The translations under genes and the position numbers were made by a program. Source: Octopus vulgaris (Eukaryota). From it: 64,000 nt of DNA. Positions 1-12,850 of this stretch are shown piece after piece; the first letter of the stretch is position 1, and each line of letters begins with the position of its first letter. The stretch lies in the NCBI GenBank assembly GCA_951406725.2, contig OX597820.1:109616001-109680000 (forward strand), in the 5' to 3' direction. The notes under the pieces are model-generated. The model was not told the DNA's origin. It worked only from the letters and a program-made list of their open reading frames with translations, and made no database searches.

Positions 1-88
1 CTGATGCAGCCTTCTGGCTTCACAGACCCCAGTTGAACCGTCCAACCCATGCTAGCATGGAAAGCAGACGCTAAATGATGATGATGAT
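1..88 (+). mobile_element. 3' tail of an RTE LINE or RTE-tailed SINE ending in (TGA)n
   Basis: Reverse complement closely matches the RTE 3' end at 57197-57300 (gtttaacgtc..tttccatgctagcatgggttggacggttcaactggggtctg). Confidence 0.75.
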
Positions 89-98
89 ATATATACAT

Positions 99-138
<40 letters not shown>

Positions 139-139
<1 letters not shown>

Positions 140-282
140 TACGACGGGCTTCTTTCAGTTTCCATCTACCAAATCCACTCACAAAGCTTTGTTCGATCTG
201 AGGCTATAGTAGAAGACACTTGCCCAAGGTGACACGCAGTGGGACTGAACCCGGGACCATGTGGTTCATAAGCAAGCTACTT
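139..282 (-). mobile_element. tRNA-derived SINE, 5' part
   Basis: Minus strand has B-box GGTTCAGTCCC followed by CACCTTGGGCAAGTGTC. Related copies lie at 34085-34450 and 45472-45846. Confidence 0.8.
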
Positions 283-492
283 TATTTCATGAAAGATTCG
301 CCATTAAGGCGTTACATAGAGGGAACATACAAATACAGACAAACATATAGGGTGTAGTAGCTTAAAATATTGGTGATTACAATAAAATATATATAATATT
401 TACAATATAAAGTTTTTAAAATTTGGTATTATACAGTAGGGCACGGATCCCTGCCATCCGGGTAGAACCTTTACTTCTTGATCCGGCCATGC

Positions 493-3400
493 TTACCTGG
501 TGCCAGATATACCCAGCTTGCACGCTACAGACTTTCATCTTTTCGCAAACATATCTCGTGACAGACACCTCTTCTCCAGCCTGATCTTACTACTGAGGTG
601 GTAATTGAAAAATTTGACCAACCCCTGGCCGGATACAAAGGTATCTGTCACTATACCTTTCGTACGCGTCTTCCTACTACGCAGGAAAGACAAGCCTTCC
701 TTTCCCTGCTGAGGAAGGTAGGTGGCACAATCTCAATGATAGACTCTGCTGATAGCTGTACTCTTCCATTCACTGACAACAGTTGTTTGGCGAAAGCAAT
801 CAGTGCCGATAACTCCGGACACTCCACGAATGCGTGCAAGATGGTTTCCCTATCCTGCTCACATCGCGGACATGTCGGCGAGACGGCACTTCTGTGCCTT
901 GACAGCTTGTCGCGAACAGGTAACGCCGCACAGAAACACTGCCAGGCCAGGGATTTCTAGTAATTATCCAGGTACCCCGGCCCGAACGTTCTCCGGAACA
1001 GGTTGGTCAACTGATTTTCATCGTAGCCCAGGGTCTCCCCCAAGGCGTCTTCGGACTTAACCTCCACTAACCCGCTATAGAAATCCGCGGTGGAACTCCT
1101 GTTGCCGGCATTGCCCGCCCGAGAGAGTAGCTGAAGTGCCTGATGGCATTCCAATTGCCAGTCCCCAAGCCTAGGTCTCTGCGTGATCCAATTACCAATG
1201 TCCGTTAAGGACGTTAATCGCGGATGGTAGAACCGAACATGCGGTGACCACACCTGTTTGCCATCCAAGTAAAGCCAGAGGTGCCTCAACCTTCACGCGA
1301 CCTTTCGCATCTTCAGCCAAGGCATCCCTAGCCCACCCTTTAGCGGTTTCTGGCAGCAGACAGAGCGCTTTACAAGTGGCTTCCCTCCTTTCCACAAAAA
1401 GTGGAAAAGGATTCTCTCCAACTTGTTCATCCACAAATCGGGGCAAGGCACCACGGTCAGGCGGTAGGTGACTACTGATGCTATGAACATCTGCACCACC
1501 TCCGCCCTCCCTAGCAGGGATAACGCCCGTCCAGACCAGGTCTGGTTTAGAGCGGTCACCTTGCCGGCCACCTCATTCCAATTTTTCTCTATCTGGAGAT
1601 CTGGCCCGAACCAGACTCCGAGCAGCTTAACAGGACCTTCCGTCCAACGCCCCACGACGTTATTGGACGGCATCGGCTTGCCCCTCCAGGTGCCGAGTTG
1701 CAAACCGACCGACTTGTCCTTGTTCACCTTTGCTCCTGCCACCGCCTCGTAGCTTTTGATGGCCTCTTCCACCACTGGAAGCTGGTCCTCATCTGCCACG
1801 GTGATGGAGATGTCATCTGCGTACGCCGTAGCTCCTCTTCCACACCATGGATCATGCGGTGCACCCCCTATTGCCTCCAATTTCCGTAGCAAAGGCTCAA
1901 GAGCCAACACATATAGAGGAGGGGACAGGGGACACCCCTGACGAACTGAACACTCGATCCTGAACGGCTTCGAAAGGGAGCCGTTCACCTTGACCACAGA
2001 CTCAATGTCGCTATACAAAGCAGCGATCCAACCTCGAAAGATCGGGCCCAGGCCAGCCTCCCCGAGTACCGCTGCCAAGTACTGATGGTCAACCCTATCA
2101 AATGCCTTAGACTGGTCTAAATGTACCAGTGCCCCTCCTGCGCCAGAAAGCTTCCCGACCCTCTCTAAGGAGTAGTGTATAAGGTGGAGATTGTCGTGTA
2201 TCGTCCTGCCCAGGATAGCGCACGTTTGCACTTCTCCGACAAGTTTATCCATAACCCGCGCCAACCTTTTCGCCAGCACCTTGGCCAAAATCTTTAACTC
2301 TGTGTTCAGCAGAGTTATGGGCCTGAAGTTGCCTATCTCGTCCCCCTTGCTCGGGTCCTTCCTGATTAACGTCACCACACCCCGGCTCGCAGACTTGGGA
2401 ATTTTCCCATTCTGCTGCCAGTCGGCGAAGACGCTAGCCAGCAGGTGCCCGAACAAGTCTGGCATACTTTTAAAAAACTCATAGGGCAGACTATCGAGAC
2501 CCGGCGACTTCTCCCCGGGGCACTCACCCAACGCCTCGATTACTTCCTCGGCTGTGATTGGCCCCTCACAGCACTCAGCCTCTCGTGCCGAGAGACGCGG
2601 GCCACCAGACAGGAAGTCCCTAAGGGCCTCACCATGATCTAGCGTCCCGCACCTCCTGAACAACTCACCGAAGTGCTTGTAAAGTGCCTCACACATCTCG
2701 TCCTGCTCCTTCACCGTGCATCCGTTTCCGTCAACAAGAGACCTAATTGTGGCATTGTTGCCACGCTGGGTTTCTATCGTACGGGCCCAATTAACATTAA
2801 TTCCCTCGCGGCCCAATGTTCGTACTTTAGCCCAGACTCTACACCCCTCATGTTTGGTTTTGAGGTGACGGTCTAATGCCGTTCTTGCCGCCAAAATGTG
2901 AGATGCATAGCCCAACCTCAACGCCTCCTCTAACTTCTTTGCTAATTGCCCTTCTATTCTAGCCCTATCTAGTCTTAGTTGCTTACTAAACCTAATGGAC
3001 TCGAATCGAATGGCTCTTTTCAGGGCGAACCACCACCGGTTATTAACCATGGCTCTGGTTAACGCCCTCTGCACTAACTCCTTAATCCGACTGCAGTATG
3101 CCTCACAAGTCAAAATAGACTTGTTCAGCTTCCAGTAGCCGTTTCCTATCTTTAGTGTGCTATCTATGTCCAGTCTACACTTGACCATTCTATGGTCCGT
3201 ATAGGGTACCTGGACAAGCTGTGGACAACTAAAACTAGACTTATCTCTAGTTCTTATCACTATCCTGTCTAGATAAGACTTGAACCTTCCGTCGCCACTC
3301 ATCCAGGTCCACTCTGGGACGTTGGGATGGTCAAGTCTGTAACAATCTGCCAGCTTAAGCAGGTCCACGAGACGTGAGTTCACTTTCCTATTGATCGAGC

Positions 3401-3860
3401 CAACACTATCGATGTGTATGTCAACGATAGCATTAAAGTCTCCTAATACTACTAAAGTCTTCAACGTCACGAGAAAGTTCTCTAGGCGCTGATAAAAATC
3501 AGTTTGGAAGCCTCTAGCACAAGGTGCATAGAGTCCGATCAACCTGAAGGCCTTACTGCTGTATGTCACATCAAGGACGACCAGCCCACCTTCAGGGTCC
3601 ACATAGTCTGTACTTATCTGCAGAGCCAAACTTTTACGGATCAGTACCACTACGCCCCCTCGTCCTCCGGTCTGACCGGGAGACATGATTTTCTCGTAGC
3701 CATTCAGGAGAGGCGAGAAGGTTTGTAGACTGTCCAGCTTGGTCTCTGTAGCAACCATCACATGCATATCATGTGATCTGAGATCGTCGAGGAAACACGC
3801 CTGCTTCCACTTCGAACTCAGACCACGCACATTCAAACAACCAAGGTTAAGAGACGCCAT
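493..3860 (-). pseudogene. E1 ORF2 (endonuclease-reverse transcriptase), frameshifted in its 3' third
   Basis: 855-aa ORF 1293-3860 continues in 957-1289 and 651-839, then FVSGQGLVKFFNYHL... to TAA at ~493-495. Confidence 0.9.
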
Positions 3861-3881
3861 TACAAAAAGTAAAGGTTCTAC

Positions 3882-5379
3882 TTACATTTCTTTGGAGATG
3901 TTGGGGATGACCTCACCACACGTGGATCCGTCCCCTTCTTCTCCTCTCTCTTCGCGTAATTCGGTAAATCCACAATCTTCCATATGGCCTTCTGGTTTCT
4001 GTCCTTTAGTTCCCGGTATAGGGGTTCTTCTACCATTGCACTCATGTTGTTGCGTGTACAGCATAGTCTTTTTGTGTTTTACAATGGCGTCATTTGTATA
4101 TGTGTCTGTCGTATCGTATTCTATTAACATAGTATTTTTGTTTTCTTCCGGGACAGATGGGCAGGGTTTCTTTTTTGTTGTCTGTGGTGCGTTTTTTCTG
4201 TTTTGTGTGGGGGATATGGGTGGGGAAAGGTCTACGGAAATGTTTCTTTCCCACTGGTGTGAATCCACCCTCTGAAACCTCCATGGTACACATGGTCTGA
4301 GGGGTTGGTGGCAGTTTCTTTCGGTGCAGTGTTTTCCGTTGGTGCCGTGTCTTCCAAGGGGGTTGGGTCATTTTGTTTATGTAGGGACTTGTGCATGCCG
4401 GGGCTGGGTTTTTCTGTGCTTTGTTTGGGGACTAGCACCTCAACAATGGGGATGGGAGTTTCTGTGTTTGTGGGGGTTGGTGTGTTTGAGGGGGCGGGTT
4501 TTTTTGGTTATTTGAGGGGCCTGGTGTGTGCAACAACTTTTTTTTTTCTTCACAGTCAGCTCGAATGTGGCCCTTTTTTCCGTAATGGTAACAGGTGGGC
4601 TTACGGCCTTCCACATGTACCCTAAGGGCCACATTCTCCCCAACGAGTACTCTCTCTGGTAGGGCCTGAATGTCCTCCTGTTTGCCTTGTATTAAAACCG
4701 TTATGTTCCGCCCTAACCACATCTGTGGGGCGGAACTTGTGGTCTGTAATATGTTTATCCGGTCCGTCCTATTAAACAACAGGCCGGCCACCACTTCTTT
4801 CGGGTCTACTGTGGGTGGGATTTCATTAATCCTTACACGGGATGTTCGTCGCCCCATGTACGTTGGCAAAAGTACCACTTCCTTGGTCTTCAGGGGGCAC
4901 ATGGAGTGCCCGCGAGCCACCTTTTCCTCTGAGAATTGAACTTCAACGGATCCGTATGCCCATCCCCTCGAGATATACACTATATCCCTCCATATCGGGG
5001 CCAGGCATTTTTCAATGGTTTCCTTCCCAAAGTGCTTTAACCTTTTGTCTTGTGGGCAGAAGGTTTTAAACACCACGGTCCTCTTTTCCGTTTCTAGCAC
5101 GGTGGAGGAGGGCGATATCACAACATCACCTCCCTCCTCCTTCATTCTTTTAAAATATCCCTGCAGCATGTCTGCAGAGATATCTATATTTTCGGTTGCT
5201 ACTTCGGCGACTGCCGAAAACTTTTTAACAGCGTTGGCGCAATTGCCAACATCAACATTGCTCTCTTCAAGAGTAGATTTTTCATGTATTATTTCAACCG
5301 ACATGGTTGAAAAGTAATTGGTTTCCCACAAAACTGGGAGACCTTTCGAAAAAAGAAATTTTCCTCTCACAGAGGACAA
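3882..5379 (-). pseudogene. E1 ORF1 (gag-like RNA-binding protein), frameshifted
   Basis: ORF 4432-5379 has an RRM-like region (SRGWAYGSVEVQF) and a zinc knuckle; a low-complexity linker leads to C-terminal segment 3882-4268. Confidence 0.8.
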
Positions 5380-5699
5380 AAGTAATTAATTTTTAAATGC
5401 TCACAGTCCCAGGTTCAAATCCCACCCCCGTTGGGGTGTGAAATGTAGCAACAAAGTCTACGACGATTTGAAGTTATTTTCCAGCACAATGAAATCCCCA
5501 AAAACCTATATTTACACGACAACAACAGTTCAAATCTCGCCCGTGCTACGGGTGGATGTCACAATAGAGCCTACAATGGTTAAAATAAATTTTTCACACC
5601 AAGAATTTGTTATCCCAAAAACGGGAAGCCTATAATATTTTTTTTTTTGCCTATATATATGTATGTATGCATATATATGTGTTCGTGTGTGTGTGTAAG

Positions 5700-6819
5700 T
5701 AAATAAATAAATAGAGTTAAACGCAGGTGTTATTTAAATCTTTTTACTTCCAACATATGTTTTGGAGAAAATATTGGTATTATTCCAGAAGGAATAAAAT
5801 GGTGTAAAACAATGCAATCTTCTTATCAGGGAAAGAAAGAAACCAAACACATCAATAAGACATTGTAACAGAATGTGATGTCTGTGTATATGATGAAGGG
5901 AATGCTAGCAAGTTTTTTTAAAAATACATTAATAGATACGTCATGGTAGTTTATAGAAAGAGAAGGTGGAGAAAGAAAGAAATTAGCTGAAAACTAATAG
6001 TGGAGAGATATAGAGTGAAAGGTGAATAAGAATAAAACTTAAAGGCATGTAAGTCGATATATTAAGTGGAAGTGCAATGTAAGAAGACAGTCAAAGGGCG
6101 AATTTTATAGAATGGTAGAAATCATTTATAGGAACTAAAGGTATGTTTCTGCCAATGTTTGCAACAATAAACATGCTCTATAAACGTGTTTACAAGGGGA
6201 TTCTCTGAGAACAGGATAAAGTACATCTCATTGTTACAAAGTGGACAAAAAGATTTACCTTTATTATATGGAAAAGATACAGAGAGAATATTCCATTCCA
6301 AATCAAATTGTTTATGATCCTTTAGATACCAGTTTGATTTACTAAGCCTGGTATTGTTACATTTATTGATATGCCTAAATGTAGAGTAATGATTGGATAT
6401 TCTTTTGGACAACTGAGATGAATAACTACCTATATAAAAAAAGATGTCAGACTGGAAATAATTTTATACTGATAAATAGAGTTTCTAGTCTTAGAATTAC
6501 TGCTAAGAAAACAAATGTGATTGGAGTCAACTTCAGAAACAGTAACCCCACTGTTATTATTATGTAAAGAATGGTTAGTGTTAACAAAATTAATGTTAGT
6601 ATTTTCACTAAGTGGATTTGTATTTATCTACTTATTATTATGCGAAGAGATGATTTGTAAAGGATTTTTTGTGTTAGAAAAACCTATCCTGATTCAGTGT
6701 GAATTAATAATCGAATAGTATCTTGAATTTCTTGGGAAATCCTTTTCTGTAGCTTTATGTAACTGGTAAGGGAGGTTGGATTTGATCTGCTTACCATATG
6801 GAATTATTAACCAAACAGC
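5700..6819 (-). mobile_element. Penelope-like element 3' fragment (GIY-YIG domain and 3' UTR)
   Basis: FYIG..SQLSKRISNHYSTF...LSK..W.LK...W.IL...C.LC..E..IL (ORF 6122-6412). Homologous to 31555-33140. Degenerate hammerhead in the 3' UTR. Confidence 0.75.
5747..5835 (-). ncRNA. Degenerate type I hammerhead ribozyme
   Basis: Minus strand ctttcc-CTGATAAG..AAAAC-ATAT-GTT-ggaag; two core positions are mutated. Confidence 0.45.
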
Positions 6820-9800
6820 TACAATTTCCATTGATGTTGATCGATTTTCATTTTGATTTTCATTTTGATTTTCATTTGCCTCAACAGGTCTTCACAAGTA
6901 GGGTTTGTGTCACAAGAAGGAAAGATATGCATAAATGGGCTGGCTACGTCCCAGGTAGAGGCCACGGGTTATGGTCTCACTTGTCCTGCCGGGTCTTCCC
7001 ATGCACAGCATACTTCCAAAGGTCTTGGTCTCTGGTCATTTCCTCGGTGAGACCTAAAGTTCGAAGGTCGTGCTTCACCACCTCGTCCCAGGTTTTCCTG
7101 GGTCTACCTCTTCCACAGGTTCCCTCAACCGCTAGGATGTGGCACTTTTTTACACAACTATCTTCATCCATTCTCGCTACATGACCATACCAGTGCAAAC
7201 GTCTCTCTTGCACACCACAACTGATGCTTCTTAGGTCCAACTTTTCTCTCAAGGTACTTACACTCTGTCGAGTATGAACACTGACATTACACATCCATTG
7301 GCGCATACTGGATTCATTTCTTGCGAGCTTACGCATATCCTCAGCAGTCACGGTCCAAGTTTCACTGCCATGTAGCATGGCTGTTCATACACATGCGTCA
7401 TACAGTCTGCCTTTTATTCTGAGCGAGAGGCCTTTTGTCACCAGCCTAATGTTTGAAGGTCGTGCTTTACCACCTCATCCCAGGTCTTCCTGGGTCTACC
7501 TATTCCACAGATTCCCTCAACCACTAGGGTGTGGCCCTTTGTCACCAGCTCTCTGAACTTTGCCCAGGCTATTCTTACTCTAGCAGTTACCCTTTCTGCA
7601 CACCTGCCCCCACTACTGACTTGGTCACCTAGGTAACGGAAGCTATCAACAATTTCTAGTTTTTCTCCCTGGAATGTGGCGGAAGTTGGTCTCTGAGCAT
7701 TTTCAGTGTTTATTGCTCCTGAGCATCTGCCACATACAAAAACTATCTTCACAGTTAGCCTTCCTTTGACATTGCTGCACCTCTTATGTGTCCATAGCTT
7801 ACACTTGGTGCATCTTATAGAGTTTCTACCTACGCCTTTTCTACAGATCGTGCAGGGCCATCTACCTGAAGGCATTTGTGATTTGCTTGCCTTCCTACAT
7901 ATTAGGACTTTGGTTTTGGCTAGGTTGATTTTAAGGCTCTTCAATTCTAATCCTTGTCTCCACACTTGAAACTTCTCCTCCAGTTCTGATAGTGACTCAG
8001 TAATTAGAGCAAGGTCATCAGCATATAGGAGCTCCCAGGGGCATCCTGTCTTGAATTTCTCCGTTATTGCCTGGAGGACTATGATAAATAGGAGGGGGCT
8101 GAGAACTGAACCTTGGTGGACTTCTACGTCTACCCTGTATTCTTTAGTGTACTCGTTGCCAACCCTCACCTTACTTACAGCATCTCTGTACATGGCTTGC
8201 ACAGCTCTCACTAACCATTCATCTATCCCTAGTTTCCTCATTGACCACCAGATAAGGGATCGGGGGACCCTGTCAAAGGCTTTCTCCATGTCAACGAAAG
8301 CCAGGTACAGAGGCTTATCTTTGGCAAGGTATTTCTCCTGCAGCTGTCTCACCAGAAATATGGCATCAGTAGTGCTTTTCCCTGGCACGAAACCAAACTG
8401 CATCTCATTGAAGCTGACTCTCTCCCTAATCAGTTGGGCTATGACCCTCTCCGTAACCTTCATTACCTGATCCAACAGCTTGATACCTCTGTAATTATTT
8501 GTATCTAAAGCGTTACCTTTACCTTTGTAGCAGTTGACTATTATGCTGCTACACCAGTCATTGGGTATGACTCCTTCGTGTATCACCTGGTTAACTATAC
8601 TGGTGACTAGGCTATAGCTGACACTACCAGATATTTTGAGCATCTCTGCAGTAATTCCTGGTGGGCCTGGGGCTTTCCCTGTCTTCATGCTTCTAATTGC
8701 CTTAACTACTGAGGAACTGTCAACTTAGATAGCTAGTCCCTCTGTTGAGTCGACATTCGACAGACTCTCTTTATCCTATTCATTTTCCTTATTTAGCAGC
8801 CTCTCATAATGGTGTTTCCAAACCTCTCTCTTTGCATCCTCATTCAGCGCAAGTGAGCCATCATCCATGCAAACACATTTCTCTCCTACCACATCACGAT
8901 TCTCTCTCACACACTGTCTTGCAACATGGAATACCTCAAGACTTTGGTCGTTACGGCGCAGAACATTGGCAAATTTTTTCTTATCTGCTTCCCCTCTGGC
9001 TAAATAAACCTGTTTCCTAGCTTCTCTTTTGGTAGTTTGATACAATTCCATGCTACCACCATTTTTCCAGTTCTTTCAAGCCTGTCTCTTTTCTCTAATA
9101 GCCCTGTCTATGACATTGTTCCACCACCACGTTATTTTGGGTCGAGAGGGGACTTTGCACCAGCCACAGATCTGGTCTCTTAGAGACCTCCAGTTGTCTT
9201 CTACCCCATGTGAAGCTATATCCCCTTCTACTTCGTCAAAGGCTTCAAGTAATATGTCCCTAAGTCTCTGTCCATTCGCAGGATCTTTAGGTTTCCAGAT
9301 CCTTCTTCTCCATGTTGGTCGTCTTCAGGTCGTCCTCTTAGTCCTGATCCTAAAGTCACTAACTACCAGTCTATGTTGTGGGGTACATTCTTCGCCTGGG
9401 AAGGTTTTGGCATTTATAAGCAGCCATCTTTCCCTTTTCCTGGCAAGGATGTAATCAATTTGGCTGGTATGTCGGCCCGATCGGTAGGTGACTAGGTGGC
9501 TGGTAGGTTTCCTGAAGTTAGTGTTGCAAACCATAAGATCATTTGCATCGCAGAACTCCAGCAGCCTGGTTCCCTCCTTGTTGCGGGAACCATAACCATA
9601 GCCTCTATGTACACCATGGAAGCCCCCAGCATGTCATCCAACGTGACCATTGAAGTCACCAGCCACAAAGAGAAGATCTCTGTCGTTCGTCGACGAGGCA
9701 GTCTGCAGTAGGGTGTCATAGAATCAGTCTTTCTGTCCATTGGGTAGCCCTGGCTGAGGGGCATAGGCCGATATAATGGTTGCTAATCCATGATGAAGCA

Positions 9801-10200
9801 CTAATCTAATCTTAAGTATTCTGTCACTTACTCTGATTACCTCTATTACCTTATCTACCCATTTTTCAGCGAGAAGTATACCCATGCCCCCAACCCCGTC
9901 AGTGTTCCCTGCCCAGAAAATCTTGTACCTGTGTTCTTTGCCTGTGAGGAACCTAGCAGAACCTCCTCTCCACCTTACTTCTTGGATGCAGCACATATCA
10001 ACACATCTATGTTCAAGCATTTCAACAATCTCACCAGACCTACCTTTCAGTGTGCTGACGTTGAGAGTGCCAACTCTGACAGTGTGGGAGGAATGGGCCC
10101 TAGAGACCCTGGGGCGGGGGACAGTGGCGTCATGTACCTGAAAAGAGAGCTCGCATTTGGCAGAATTCATAAGCAAACAATGATCTTAAGAAGTTCAACC
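6820..10200 (-). mobile_element. RTE-clade LINE R1, disrupted, most of the 3' UTR missing
   Basis: EN (GTLNV, CIQEVRW, ISAYAPQ, SQIDYIL), RT (AFVDMEKAFD, HQGSVLSP, LYADD), PHD-like finger, and C-terminal RGRPRKTW. Confidence 0.93.
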
Positions 10201-10212
10201 TGCATATATGTA

Positions 10213-10252
<40 letters not shown>

Positions 10253-10536
10253 TATGTGTGTGTGTATAGATATATGTATATATAAAGAAGGTAAGTTAGA
10301 GGTTGTGAATCCAACCAACTAAGGATAGTATCTATCCAATATACTGCTGGTAGAATACCTAATTAATACACAAGTGTTGGTTATTGCATGGTAATCACCC
10401 TACTGAGTATAATAATTAGGCAAGGGTAATAAGTTACATTATATTATTTGCATTTATTTATTTTAAACAGTTCAGTTAATGTATGAATACATGTGTAAAG
10501 TATTAGTAATTTCTAGAAAAGAGAAAGAAGAGCAAT

Positions 10537-10649
10537 TTCTTACAGTTGTTTCAGCCAAGAGGGCACAGTACCCTGTATGTTATTTCCTTTTTTCAGTGTA
10601 TTGTAAATTTGTAGATAAAATTAGGGTACTAGGGTACTTCATCAGAGAG
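10537..10649 (-). ncRNA. Type I hammerhead ribozyme in a short (TA)n-flanked repeat (~10285-10700)
   Basis: Minus strand tct-CTGATGAA, stem agtaccct/agggtact, GAAAC-AACT-GTA-aga. Confidence 0.6.
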
Positions 10650-10742
10650 TTTTTATAAGATAGTCCAAGAAATTCATAGGGTTAATTTATGCATATATAA
10701 ATATATGTCAGTGAGTTTTTTTTTTTATCTACAGATTCTTCT

Positions 10743-10810
<68 letters not shown>

Positions 10811-11087
10811 TTAATAAGGGTGAGAGAATTAGATACTAATTTAATAGTATATTTATTCCACACCAAGTGGCCTAGTGCTTCGGGAAACCTGGATTATTAT
10901 AATATTTTATAACATATTATAATATTTTTACAAAATAAATATAAGAGAGTGGTCACTATATTGCTCACCCTAGCACTAGTTAATCCAAAAGGTTTCAACC
11001 ACGAAAATACATGCTTACCATGAAAGTCAGTACGATTGTTAGCTCACACGGACAGGGCAAATAAAAAATAACAAAAATACAGATTAT

Positions 11088-11167
11088 TTTGGGACAATTG
11101 TTTCGCTATTAATGAATTAAATGTAATTTTACTTACAAAAAAATCCATTTGTAGCTCGTCAGCCAAG
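11088..11167 (-). ncRNA. Type I hammerhead ribozyme, copy 1
   Basis: ttgg-CTGACGA-gcta...tagc-GAAAC-AATT-GTC-ccaa: full core, stems I and II, palindromic stem III. Confidence 0.85.
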
Positions 11168-11622
11168 ACTATCTGGATGAAATCCACTCAATCACACGCC
11201 AGATTTTACCATAACGGTAAATACGCGTGTGGTTCAATTGATTACATCCGACGTTATAATTCAAATGCCCCAACCAACAGCGCGCCAAACTTTCACGGAA
11301 AACAAATACAGCATTTAGAAATAAATGCAGCATAATTATAATTAATTAATAAGGGTGAGAGAATTAGATACTAATTTAATAGTATATTTATTCCACACCA
11401 AGTGGCCTAGTGCTTCGAGAAACCTGGATTATTATAATATTTTATAACATATTATAATATTTTTACAAAATAAATATAAGAGAGTGGTCACTATATTGCT
11501 CACCCTAGCACTAGTTAATCCAAAAGGTTTCAACCACGAAAATACATGCTTACCATGAAAGTCAGTACGATTGTTAGCTCACACGGACAGGGCAAATAAA
11601 AAATAACAAAAATACAGATTAT

Positions 11623-11702
11623 TTTGGGACAATTGTTTCGCTATTAATGAATTAAATGTAATTTTACTTACAAAAAAATCCATTTGTAGCTCGTCAGCCA
11701 AG
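11623..11702 (-). ncRNA. Type I hammerhead ribozyme, copy 2
   Basis: Identical to copy 1, offset by 535 bp. Confidence 0.85.
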
Positions 11703-11798
11703 ACTATCTGGTTGACGGATGTAATCAATTGAACCACACGCGTATTTACCGTTATGGTAAAATCTGGCGTGTGATTGAGTGGATTTCATCCAGATAGT

Positions 11799-11878
11799 CT
11801 TGGCTGACGAGCTACAAATGGATTTTTTTGTAAGTAAAATTACATTTAATTCATTAATAGCGAAACAATTGTCCCAAA
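11799..11878 (+). ncRNA. Type I hammerhead ribozyme, copy 3
   Basis: CTGACGAG at 11804-11811, CGAAAC at 11861-11866, GTC cleavage triplet at 11871-11873. Confidence 0.85.
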
Positions 11879-12332
11879 ATAATCTGTATTTTTGTTATTT
11901 TTTATTTGCCCTGTCCGTGTGAGCTAACAATCGTACTGACTTTCATGGTAAGCATGTATTTTCGTGGTTGAAACCTTTTGGATTAACTAGTGCTAGGGTG
12001 AGCAATATAGTGACCACTCTCTTATATTTATTTTGTAAAAATATTATAATATGTTATAAAATATTATAATAATCCAGGTTTCTCAAGCACTAGGCCACTT
12101 GGTGTGGAATAAATATACTATTAAATTAGTATCTAATTCTCTCACCCTTATTAATTAATTATAATTATGCTGCATTTATTTCTAAATGCTGTATTTGTTT
12201 TCCGTGAAAGTTTGGCGCGCTGTTGGTTGGGGCATTTGAATTATAACGTCGGATGTAATCAATTGAACCACACGCGTATTTACCGTTATGGTAAAATCTG
12301 GCGTGTGATTGAGTGGATTTCATCCAGATAGT

Positions 12333-12412
12333 CTTGGCTGACGAGCTACAAATGGATTTTTTTGTAAGTAAAATTACATTTAATTCATTAATAGCGAAAC
12401 AATTGTCCCAAA
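12333..12412 (+). ncRNA. Type I hammerhead ribozyme, copy 4
   Basis: Same sequence; GTC at 12405-12407, 534 bp after copy 3. Confidence 0.85.
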
Positions 12413-12742
12413 ATAATCTGTATTTTTGTTATTTTTTATTTGCCCTGTCCGTGTGAGCTAACAATCGTACTGACTTTCATGGTAAGCATGTATTTTCGTG
12501 GTTGAAACCTTTTGGATTAACTAGTGCTAGGGTGAGCAATATAGTGACCACTCTCTTATATTTATTTTATATATATATATATATATATATTACACAGATA
12601 GACATGAAAATACATTAACATGTCCCTGTTTCTCTTCCTTTTTCCCCTTTTACAATTTATTTGCAAATATCTGGTCAGCTTCTCTTTGTTTTTCCTTCTA
12701 AAAGTTTGTTGGTAATACCTTTTTTGATGTTTTCCTTCAATT

Positions 12743-12850
12743 TTTTACACTGATGAGTATGGTAATACATAAATATTTTAATTATTATTGTTATAATTAA
12801 TGTTTTCTCTTACATGTGTGTATTGCCATTTGAAACGGTCGTATGTGGAA
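12743..12850 (+). ncRNA. Type I hammerhead ribozyme in a different short repeat
   Basis: ttttaca-CTGATGAG, stem atggtaatacat/gtgtattgccat, GAAAC-GGTC-GTA-tgtggaa. Confidence 0.65.

Larger units (their letters stand above)
281..5630 (-). mobile_element. Tx1-type non-LTR retrotransposon E1, near full length, degenerate
   Basis: ORF1 with degenerate zinc knuckle (CYHYGKKGHIRADC). ORF2 with APE endonuclease (LNVRGL, VLGDFN, SYLDRI, TDH), RT (QGCPLSP, AYADD) and C-terminal CPRC..H..C. The 5' end is approximate. Confidence 0.92.
10803..12568. mobile_element. Tandem plus inverted array of a 535-bp hammerhead-bearing unit (retrozyme or Penelope pLTR-like)
   Basis: 10803-11337 is repeated at 11338-11711 (partial); the reverse complement of the tandem unit follows at 11716-12568. 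Copies are nearly identical, with (TA)n on both sides. Confidence 0.85.

Noticed and set aside
1468-2876. Recurrent plus-strand ORFs in the Tx1 and RTE copies (e.g. MITDAMN...)
   Set aside because: Antisense shadows of conserved RT coding sequence.
5405-5425. B-box-like ggttcaaatccc suggesting a tRNA gene
   Set aside because: No A box or cloverleaf; lies in the E1 5' UTR.
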